Assembly: GCA_964354495.1 (NCBI GenBank)
Contig: CAYHAA010000021.1
Location: forward strand, 1-32,000
Source: an uncultured archaeon
GTDB taxonomy: Archaea > Asgardarchaeota > Thorarchaeia > Thorarchaeales > Thorarchaeaceae
Direction: 5' to 3'
Length of the DNA stretch: 32,000 nucleotides
The translations under genes and the position numbers were made by a program. Shown here in pieces: positions 1 to 7,735 of this stretch. Each line of letters starts with the position of its first letter. The first letter of the stretch is position 1. Below the pieces are notes generated by a model, which ran no database searches, was not told where the DNA came from, and saw only the letters and a list, made by a program, of their open reading frames with translations.

Positions 1-45
1 GCAGAAGGAGAACTCTTCACAGGTTCTAGAGTAGGTGTCACCAAC

Positions 46-345
46 ATGTCCCAAGTCTACATGCGTGTGTGCGAAACCCACGACCACTATCTTGTTGCAA
101 TATGCGACAAACAGCTCCTCGGAAAGACTCTTACAGATGGCAAGATCAAGTTCAAGGTGAGCGAGGAGTTCTACGGTGGCGAGTTGGTAGAAGCAAAGAC
201 ATGTATCCGTCATCTGGCAAAGGCGACAATCGCCAACATGGTCGGCAAGAAGTCAGTCCAGACAGCAATCAAAGCCGGACTTGTGCATGAACAGGCCATC
301 ATCTATATTGAAGGTCACCCCCATGCGCAATGGGTGAAGCTCTGA
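46..345 (+). CDS. DUF424 family protein
   Basis: 99 aa with the family pattern LVAICDKQLLGK...VSEEFYGGE...IANMVGKKSV..AIKAGLV; GGTG RBS-like motif upstream; DUF424 usually lies near NMD3 in archaea. Confidence 0.85.
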   Translation: MSQVYMRVCETHDHYLVAICDKQLLGKTLTDGKIKFKVSEEFYGGELVEAKTCIRHLAKATIANMVGKKSVQTAIKAGLVHEQAIIYIEGHPHAQWVKL

Positions 346-370
346 TTTTGCTACTCTTGTATTCAATACG

Positions 371-751
371 CTAGTGACTGTGAGCATCTCCACCGGCGCA
401 GAGTCCCTCACGGCCCATCATTTGGCTACGTCCTGCTAGGTAATTCTGAACTTCCTCGCCGGCTGTGCTGCCTTTACCCTTTACCACAGTAAGTCCGACC
501 TGCTGTGCAGCCATGAAGGGCCGCATTCCCATCCCCATGGTTATCAAGACACTTACACCCAAGTCCGCGAGTTTGCTGACGGGCTCTGCGCAGTTGTTAT
601 GGGCGCCATTTGGTACGCTCTCGACCTCTATAATCTCTCCATCTCTCACTGTAGAGACAATGAACGCTTTGCAGTGTCCGAAATGGTTGCTCATTGGACT
701 CTCAAGTCCGTTCTCAATGTCTGCTGTTACTGCTATCTTCTCGATGTTCAT
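371..751 (-). CDS. NifB/NifX (dinitrogenase FeMo-cofactor biosynthesis) family protein
   Basis: KIAV...SNHFGHCKAFIV...V..LADLGVSVLITMGMG.RPF pattern; C-terminal Cys/His tail (GLCAGGDAHSH). Confidence 0.85.
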   Translation of the reverse strand: MNIEKIAVTADIENGLESPMSNHFGHCKAFIVSTVRDGEIIEVESVPNGAHNNCAEPVSKLADLGVSVLITMGMGMRPFMAAQQVGLTVVKGKGSTAGEEVQNYLAGRSQMMGREGLCAGGDAHSH

Positions 752-931
752 GAACCATCGCCTAGTCGTTCTTTCTTTTCAGACATAAGCCGTCAAGGCT
801 TTCTTCGAGGTATGTGCTGCATCCTAGCAGACCAATAAAAGGGTTGTATTAGTGACCAGTTCTGATATCGTATCAAGGTGCTATAGTCCACGTTTTAAGC
901 AAATCTGCATGGGGTAGCACGGTCGATTGAG

Positions 932-2023
932 TTGACAGCACCGTGCTATCTATGTGGAAAGCCGTCAGTCATTGAGAGTCTCTGTGCTGACTGCTACAAT
1001 GAGGGGCATCCTCTGATTGAGGTCTCCACACCACTCACGTTGCTGGCATGCAAGAAATGTGGGTCCATCAAGTTGGCTGATGGATGGAGGAAGCAACCAC
1101 AGGACTGCGCAGACCAAGATGAGCTGTCCAATTACCAGATCGATGTGCTTCTTCAGAACGAGATCAGGATAATCGGAAAGGATGTGAATCTCTCTCTAGC
1201 AGAGGAGCGGAGACTGGATAGAGTCTCTCACACGACAGTGACTGCATCAGGAAAGTCTCATGGAAGCCTCTCTCCACATGATGAACACTACGATGTTGAG
1301 ATTCGGTTCAGATATGGAACTTGTGACACCTGCGGGATGCTGAGCGGTGGGTACTATGAGGCTATTCTCCAAGTACGTGCTGACGGTCGCGGACTGACTG
1401 ATGACGAAAAGGATGCCATAATGAAGACAGTGACTGATATCACAGTGGCAAAATATAGGTCCGACGACAAGGCCTTCATCACTAGTACGACTGACGACAA
1501 GTTCGGCACTGACTTCTACATTGGGTCAGAGAATCTGTGCAAATATCTTGCCAGTGAACTTGAGATTCAGTATCTGGCTGAACGGAAAGAGAACTACAAA
1601 CTGTACGGCGAAGACAAGACAGGCAGGAGAAAATACCGGATAACCATACTGATCAGGCTTCCACGCTTCACAGTTGGGGATTTCGTTAGGGTTGATAATA
1701 TACCCTGTCAGATAGTTGCACTGGGTCGGAATATGTTGACATGTTATGACCTGAAACGACGAGAACGTTTTTCCATCAATCAAAAGAGTGCCAGGTGGCG
1801 CACGTTAGAGTTCCTTGCTCCTCTGTCAAGTCGCCGTGAGTTCATGGTCACCACAAAGTCCTATGGGCAACCTACCCAGATAATGGACTCTGCCACCTTT
1901 GAGGTTCTTGAAGTGGATGAGGAAGCACTAGAATCCGGGACTGTAGCAGGCGCAAAGATCTATGCCCTAAGTGTGGAAGATGGTTTCTATATACTCCCTG
2001 ACCAGAATCAGCTGACCGAGTAG
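932..2023 (+). CDS. nmd3: NMD3 family ribosome maturation/export protein
   Basis: Zn-binding CxxC pairs (CYLC, CADC, CKKC, CDTC), GGYYEAILQVRA motif and C-terminal SH3/OB-like region; TTG start; first gene of the NMD3-aIF1A-RIO1-KH-Top6 cluster. Confidence 0.92.
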   Translation: MTAPCYLCGKPSVIESLCADCYNEGHPLIEVSTPLTLLACKKCGSIKLADGWRKQPQDCADQDELSNYQIDVLLQNEIRIIGKDVNLSLAEERRLDRVSHTTVTASGKSHGSLSPHDEHYDVEIRFRYGTCDTCGMLSGGYYEAILQVRADGRGLTDDEKDAIMKTVTDITVAKYRSDDKAFITSTTDDKFGTDFYIGSENLCKYLASELEIQYLAERKENYKLYGEDKTGRRKYRITILIRLPRFTVGDFVRVDNIPCQIVALGRNMLTCYDLKRRERFSINQKSARWRTLEFLAPLSSRREFMVTTKSYGQPTQIMDSATFEVLEVDEEALESGTVAGAKIYALSVEDGFYILPDQNQLTE

Positions 2024-2136
2024 CACTTGCTTTACCCCGCTTGTGGCATTCAATTCAATACGCTTAAATGTGGTCCCGCCAGAATGACCAGCCATCGCTT
2101 AGGGACTAACATCCAGCGATAGAACGGAGAATCATT

Positions 2137-2469
2137 TTGTCCTATAAGAAGAAAGGTGGAGGTCCACCTGCAGCAAGTTCATCCGAACCAATGAGAGTCA
2201 GAACTCCGAATAAGAACGAAGGAGAAATGTTCGGAATCATCATCCAGATGCTAGGGTTTGACAGAGTCCGAGTCAGATGTGAGGATGGCAATATTAGAGT
2301 TGGTCGTATCCCTGGCAGACTGAAGAAGAGGGTCTGGATGAGAGTAGGCGATACCGTTCTCCTTACTCCTTGGGATTTCCAGACCGATGAGAAGTGTGAT
2401 GTGGTCTACAGATATAGAGGAAACGAGCTTGAGTGGTTGGAGAAGAGAGGAATCCTCAAGATGTTTTGA
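2137..2469 (+). CDS. eif1a: Translation initiation factor aIF-1A
   Basis: MLGFDRVRVRCEDG..R.GRIPGRLKKRVWMRVGDTVLLTPWDFQ...DVVYRY signature; TTG start. Confidence 0.96.
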   Translation: MSYKKKGGGPPAASSSEPMRVRTPNKNEGEMFGIIIQMLGFDRVRVRCEDGNIRVGRIPGRLKKRVWMRVGDTVLLTPWDFQTDEKCDVVYRYRGNELEWLEKRGILKMF

Positions 2470-2502
2470 AGATGCTAATCCTTTTCTGAATTCTTTTCAA
2501 TA

Positions 2503-3333
2503 ATGCACAAGAAGTATCCGGCATCCCATGGGTGGCATCTACAATTGAAACGGATTGAAAACAAATACAATCAGCTTGAGTCCGAGCTGGATAAGCGCAA
2601 GATGAAGCGTCTGAAGGATGATGACGAGTTCAAAGTAGTAGAGGGTGTCATCGATCCTCCCACGATGAAGGTGCTTCATAGACTTCTGAGTCGCGGTGCT
2701 CTTACAGCACTACATGGTGCAATAAGCACGGGCAAAGAAGCGAATGTCTACAAGGGGTTTGATGCCGATGGACACCCAGTTGCCGTGAAAATATTCAGAG
2801 TCAGCACTGCCGAGACTGATTTCATGTTGGAATACATTGTCGGTGACCCTCGCTTCAAGAATGTCAGACGTCAGAGTCGGGGCCTGATTCCACAATGGGC
2901 GATGAAGGAGTTCAAGAATCTGATGCGATATCACGAAGCAGGGATTCGCGTCCCACGCCCTATTGACATCGAACGTAATGTCCTGATTATGGAATTCATT
3001 GGAGATTCCAAGAAGACGACTGCAGCTCCGCTCTTGAAGGATGTTAGGATTCCATCTCCTGCTGCAACCTTCAACAAGATAATCGGAATGATAGAGAAAG
3101 GGTACACAAAGGCAGGATTGGTGCATGCCGACCTAAGCGAATACAATATTCTCTGGGCCAAAGGGCCTGTCTTCATAGATGTCTCTCAGGCAGTACTCAT
3201 CGCCCATCAGAATGCGAAAAAATACCTATTTCGTGACATTCAAAACATAATCCACTTCTTCAAGAAACTCGGCGTTGAAGCTGAAGAGCCCGATGTCATT
3301 GCTCGATATATCATCTCAGCTGGTGAGAAGTAG
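2503..3333 (+). CDS. rio1: RIO1 family serine/threonine protein kinase
   Basis: ISTGKEANVY, AVKIF, EFKNL, LVHADLSEYNIL and FIDVSQAV motifs; true start may be a few codons downstream. Confidence 0.93.
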   Translation: MHKKYPASHGWHLQLKRIENKYNQLESELDKRKMKRLKDDDEFKVVEGVIDPPTMKVLHRLLSRGALTALHGAISTGKEANVYKGFDADGHPVAVKIFRVSTAETDFMLEYIVGDPRFKNVRRQSRGLIPQWAMKEFKNLMRYHEAGIRVPRPIDIERNVLIMEFIGDSKKTTAAPLLKDVRIPSPAATFNKIIGMIEKGYTKAGLVHADLSEYNILWAKGPVFIDVSQAVLIAHQNAKKYLFRDIQNIIHFFKKLGVEAEEPDVIARYIISAGEK

Positions 3334-3334
3334 A

Positions 3335-3901
3335 ATGTCATTCAAAGAGACAATTCGAGTACCTGTTGAAAGAGTCGGTGTCATAGTTGGACGCAATGGC
3401 AAGGTTCGCAAGCGTATTCAGCAATTAACGAATGTGACTCTTGATATCGACCCTGAAGGCAGTGTGACAATAAGCAGTCTTGGCGGGTCGGAGGATCCTG
3501 TTCTAGCATGGAAAGCTCGGGATATTGTTCACGCGATAGCAAGGGGATTCAGTCCGAAGAACGCATTGACACTGATCGACGAGGACACGATGCTTCTTGT
3601 AATCTCTCTTCGCGAAGCAGTAGGTACGTCGCCTGATCAGGTGAAACGGGTGGCTGGTCGAATCATCGGTGAGAATGGTCGCACACGAAGGGCTATTGAG
3701 CAGATTACCGAAACCAAGGTCACAATCTATGGCAGAACTGTGTCCATTATTGGCATGGAGCCTGGCCTAGATCATGCCAGAAGAGCAATTGAGATGCTCA
3801 TATCGGGAGCGCCCCATAGTGCGGTCTATGCAAGACTTGAGCGGTCGCGTCGAGAGATGAACCGACAAGAGGCAGAACTGTGGGAGAACACAGACCTCTA
3901 G
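3335..3901 (+). CDS. dim2: KH-domain pre-rRNA processing protein (Dim2/Pno1 family)
   Basis: Two KH GxxG loops (VIVGRNGK, RIIGENGRTR) and ARDIVHAIARGF; start moved from the ORF-track 3275 to ATG 3335, 1 nt after the rio1 stop. Confidence 0.9.
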   Translation: MSFKETIRVPVERVGVIVGRNGKVRKRIQQLTNVTLDIDPEGSVTISSLGGSEDPVLAWKARDIVHAIARGFSPKNALTLIDEDTMLLVISLREAVGTSPDQVKRVAGRIIGENGRTRRAIEQITETKVTIYGRTVSIIGMEPGLDHARRAIEMLISGAPHSAVYARLERSRREMNRQEAELWENTDL

Positions 3902-3954
3902 TTGTGTAATACCCCGTCTAATATCACAAGATTTCCAACAGACATCTGAGTACC

Positions 3955-5472
3955 ATGAATCAGAGAGCACCTGTTGAAACAACATTCGAAAGCATTTCTC
4001 CAGCAGAGTTCTTCTATCGAAATCGGCAGTTGGCTGGTTTTGGCAATACAAGCCAGGCAATCTATAGTGCAGTCCGAGAACTGGTTGAGAACAGTCTGGA
4101 CTCCTGCGACGACGCTCAGAGACTACCCCTCATTGAAGTGCAAGTCATGTCTGAGGGTTCCGATATAATTCGTGTCTGTGTTTCTGATAATGGTACTGGT
4201 GTTCCTGACGCTCATGTTCCTCAGGCCTTTGCCAAGATACTATATGGCAGCAAGTTTCACAATAGACAACGACGTGGAACCTTTGGTTTGGGGGTCACTA
4301 TGGCAGTCCTGTATGGTCAGATAACGACAGATTCCCCTGTTCTTGTTCATACGAAATGCCCTGACTCACAAGGTATGGAGTATGCGCTCTTTATCGATGT
4401 GGAAACCAATCAACCAATCATTGAGTCGAGTTGCTCCCGTGACCGCGACTCTGATGGGACCTCGGTCACTCTCCGACTTCGAGGAGACCTAAAGAGAGCA
4501 CAGGAACGAATCCTGGAGTACCTTAGACTGACTACTATCTCCACTCCCCAAGCTCAGGTCTTACTGAAGATGGATAACGCTGAATCTATCACATTCGGGC
4601 GATGGTCAAACACTGTACCTTCTCCCGTTCTCAGTTCGAATCCACATCCTCGAGCTGCTGACCTGGAACTCCTGCGACGGCTGGCCCAGCACAATGGTGA
4701 CAAGCGACTACAAGACTTTCTTGTTGACTCCTTCCAGAAGGTTGGCATCAAGACATCAGGCCGCTTTCTGAAGTTTGGGGGATTTGATCCGACCCGAACG
4801 GTGAACACCTTGACGCGCGATGACCTTGGCCGGATAAGCTCAGCTCTGCGCAAATTCGACGGCTTTGAGAGTCCTGACAACAAGAGCCTCAGCCCGATCG
4901 GAGAAGAAGACTTTCTCGTTGGGATCCGGTCTGTCTTTAACATCTCATCACACTACTACTCTGTTAGGGGACCATCAGAGTGGCAGGGGAATCCCTTCAT
5001 CATAGAAGGCGTCTTGGCGACTGGAGACGACTTTCCGAGCTCCGATATTCCCACACTCTACCGATTTGCCAATCGAGTGCCTCTTCTCTATGATTCTGGT
5101 GAGGATGTCTTGACCAAGACTCTGAAGCGTGTCAACTGGGAGCGTTACAGTGTTGATTCCTCCGTTCCGGCTGCACTCTTCCTCCATCTCTGTTCAACTC
5201 GAGTCCCTTACAAGGCAGCAGGAAAGCAATCAATAGATGCTATTTCTGAGATTGAGGTCGAAGTTGTGTCTCTACTCAGAGAGCTAGGGCGACGATTTGG
5301 CAGAACAATGCGGAAGAGCGAGAAGACCCTACGAGAAGGAAAGAAGATGCACGAGTATGCAAAGTCGTTCAGGCATCTGGCAAAATTCGGGGCTGAGCTG
5401 GCGGGGGTAGATGAGGTCCCTGACACAAATTGTCTGGTGAAGCAACTGTTTGAGGTGAGTCTCGATGAATGA
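3955..5472 (+). CDS. top6B: DNA topoisomerase VI subunit B
   Basis: SISPAEFFYRNRQLAGF, GHKL motifs (RELVENSLD, DNGTG, GTFGLG), RFANRVPLLYD, RVPYKAAGKQSI. Confidence 0.96.
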   Translation: MNQRAPVETTFESISPAEFFYRNRQLAGFGNTSQAIYSAVRELVENSLDSCDDAQRLPLIEVQVMSEGSDIIRVCVSDNGTGVPDAHVPQAFAKILYGSKFHNRQRRGTFGLGVTMAVLYGQITTDSPVLVHTKCPDSQGMEYALFIDVETNQPIIESSCSRDRDSDGTSVTLRLRGDLKRAQERILEYLRLTTISTPQAQVLLKMDNAESITFGRWSNTVPSPVLSSNPHPRAADLELLRRLAQHNGDKRLQDFLVDSFQKVGIKTSGRFLKFGGFDPTRTVNTLTRDDLGRISSALRKFDGFESPDNKSLSPIGEEDFLVGIRSVFNISSHYYSVRGPSEWQGNPFIIEGVLATGDDFPSSDIPTLYRFANRVPLLYDSGEDVLTKTLKRVNWERYSVDSSVPAALFLHLCSTRVPYKAAGKQSIDAISEIEVEVVSLLRELGRRFGRTMRKSEKTLREGKKMHEYAKSFRHLAKFGAELAGVDEVPDTNCLVKQLFEVSLDE

Positions 5473-6517
5473 GGGGGAGCAAGCACAGCTCAAGCTCATA
5501 GAACTAGGCAGGCATATACTCGACCCAATTCTTGAGAGTCGGTTTCCTGTGATTGACGTTCCTGACAGAAACACTAACAATATTGTGTATGAGGCTCAGC
5601 GGAACAGGTTCGTCTTGGGAGCCTCCAAGAATGTCAGAGACTCAAGCAACATCAATCATATACGCAGCTTCGCTCAACTTGCTTGGGTCGCAAGTTACTC
5701 AAAACAACTTCTGAAAGCATCTAGAACCAGTTCTCTGCGTGACCTCTATTACTCAAGTGAGGCCTTTGGTGTGTCTTTCAAGGACCAAGCCGAATCAGAT
5801 CGTATCGTCACCGATTTGGAGAGCGTCACTGGGTTGCCACGCGAATCCTTTGGCATTTTTCCGGATGAACACTCTTCCATCTATGGCGAGCTGATAATGA
5901 GGTACACTGTTCCGGACTATAATGGTCGTGAGATCGACTTGACCATTAGTCCAGACGGATTGCCGATTGGTCCCGCTATAATGACTGCTGAACCCGTCCG
6001 AACTAATGCCGAGATTGTGTTGGCTGTCGAGTCTGGGGGTATGTTCTCTCGTCTGATCGAAACAAAGGCGTGGCAGAGATTCAAGGCTGTGTTGATTCAA
6101 CTCGGTGGCCAGCCCCCACGGGCTACAAGAAGTCTGATACGGACTCTTCACAAAGAGCTTGATCTGCCTGTGTATCTCTTTACTGATGGTGACCCATGGG
6201 GAATGCATATTGCTCAAGTCATCATGTCGGGCAGCGCTAACTCAGCGCATATAGAGGGTCTGACCACTCCTGAGGCCAAATGGATTGGTGTCACGCCTCA
6301 AGATATCGAGCAGTATTCTCTACCGACTGACAAACTGAACAATGCTGACCTGAAGCGACTCGATGAACTCTCCCGAGACGTACGCTACTCTGACAGTGAG
6401 TGGCAGCATCATATTGAGGGCTTCAGAAGACTGAGAACTAAGGCGGAACAGCAGGCCTTCAGCAGGTATGGTATGGACTTTGTTGTTGATACCTACCTCT
6501 CAGACAAAATCGCCTAG
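5465..6517 (+). CDS. top6A: DNA topoisomerase VI subunit A
   Basis: Catalytic Tyr motif SLRDLYY, TOPRIM motifs AVESGGMF and TDGDPWG, KAEQQAF; overlaps the top6B stop. Confidence 0.96.
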   Translation: MNEGEQAQLKLIELGRHILDPILESRFPVIDVPDRNTNNIVYEAQRNRFVLGASKNVRDSSNINHIRSFAQLAWVASYSKQLLKASRTSSLRDLYYSSEAFGVSFKDQAESDRIVTDLESVTGLPRESFGIFPDEHSSIYGELIMRYTVPDYNGREIDLTISPDGLPIGPAIMTAEPVRTNAEIVLAVESGGMFSRLIETKAWQRFKAVLIQLGGQPPRATRSLIRTLHKELDLPVYLFTDGDPWGMHIAQVIMSGSANSAHIEGLTTPEAKWIGVTPQDIEQYSLPTDKLNNADLKRLDELSRDVRYSDSEWQHHIEGFRRLRTKAEQQAFSRYGMDFVVDTYLSDKIA

Positions 6518-7560
6518 ATCCATCCAATCCCGAGTGGATTGCCTATGATGAGTATCAGAACAGTACCATAGACGAATAGTGCTTGGATGAGGAGTAAGAT
6601 AGCCACATTCTTCTTCTCTGTGATGTTCCTGAAGAAGTGCGGCAGGATCCAGTAGATGGTAAATGGCCCCACGACTTCCAAGGTTCCATCCTCTCTTGGT
6701 GTGGCGAACTTCACCCACTTCATCCCTTTCCGTCTAGCATAGAGTCTGTAGATAAGATAGAGCAGAAAATTGGTTCCAAATGGGATGTACATCACGAATG
6801 CAAATCTGTCCATATTGCCTATGATCAATGCTGCAGCCATGGCCGCTCCCATGGGTAGGTTACCAACATCGCCAGAGAGAATCTTTGCAGGATACCTGTT
6901 GAAGATCAAGAACGCCAATGATGCACCGAGCAGTGCTGCTGCAACAACTCCTGCCTCTATCTGCGTGGGAGCAACTGCATGACCATCAAGGTATGGCATG
7001 AGAAATATGTATAGAACAAGGCCTGAAGCGTTGATTGCACTCAGCCCTGCCTCGAGTCCATTCATGCCCGCATACATGTTCGTTGCATCAATAATGAATG
7101 TCATCATGAGTGGAACTATGACAAGAGCGTATGCTATCCCAAAGTTCACTGTTCCTATGAACGGTATCGTGATTGTGGGCGTACCAATACTCAGCGCCAT
7201 CATTGGAATAGACGCCACCAGAGGAAGTGCAATCTTCGTCTTGGTACTGAAGTCCAGATTGTCATCTAGGAGACCAATCATCCCCGCCATAAGGATGGAG
7301 ACCAACGCTCCGAACAGTCCTACCATGCCGACTTCAAGGCTCTGGAAGGTCGTAAGTCCAACGATAGCAAGTATGGCGAAGACAATCGCAAAGAGGATGA
7401 CATACCCTCCGCCCTTTGGTATCTCAGGTCTTTCAGGCTTGTGAACGTCTGTACCTGTGAACCCCTTCTCTTTGAGCATGCGAATTGCGCTGGGTGTAAA
7501 CAGTACTACCACAACAAAGGATACCAGAACGGCGATTAGAATCTCTATCAAATGTACCAC
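6514..7560 (-). CDS. aglH: UDP-GlcNAc:dolichyl-phosphate GlcNAc-1-phosphotransferase (AglH/ALG7/DPAGT1-like, glycosyltransferase family 4)
   Basis: Polytopic membrane protein with GTDVHKP, GLLDD, ATNMYAGMNGLE and FNRYPAKILSGDVG motifs. Confidence 0.88.
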   Translation of the reverse strand: MVHLIEILIAVLVSFVVVVLFTPSAIRMLKEKGFTGTDVHKPERPEIPKGGGYVILFAIVFAILAIVGLTTFQSLEVGMVGLFGALVSILMAGMIGLLDDNLDFSTKTKIALPLVASIPMMALSIGTPTITIPFIGTVNFGIAYALVIVPLMMTFIIDATNMYAGMNGLEAGLSAINASGLVLYIFLMPYLDGHAVAPTQIEAGVVAAALLGASLAFLIFNRYPAKILSGDVGNLPMGAAMAAALIIGNMDRFAFVMYIPFGTNFLLYLIYRLYARRKGMKWVKFATPREDGTLEVVGPFTIYWILPHFFRNITEKKNVAILLLIQALFVYGTVLILIIGNPLGIGWI

Positions 7561-7735
7561 CCTTTTCGGACGAAGACACTACGAGTTGGTTTTGACCTTT
7601 TCGGAGTAGGGCAAAGTCGTGCATGCTTTCAACATCCGAAATCTATTTTAACGAACCAGAAGCTCGGGCGCACCATCCATGGTCCAGTGGACACCACAGA
7701 CATGGAATTCTCCCAATTGAGCACGGTGATCCGTA

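Noticed and set aside
1-45. Frame of DUF424 is open from base 1; other frames end at 29 and 34
   Set aside because: Too short to identify an upstream gene; the RBS-like GGTG supports ATG 46.
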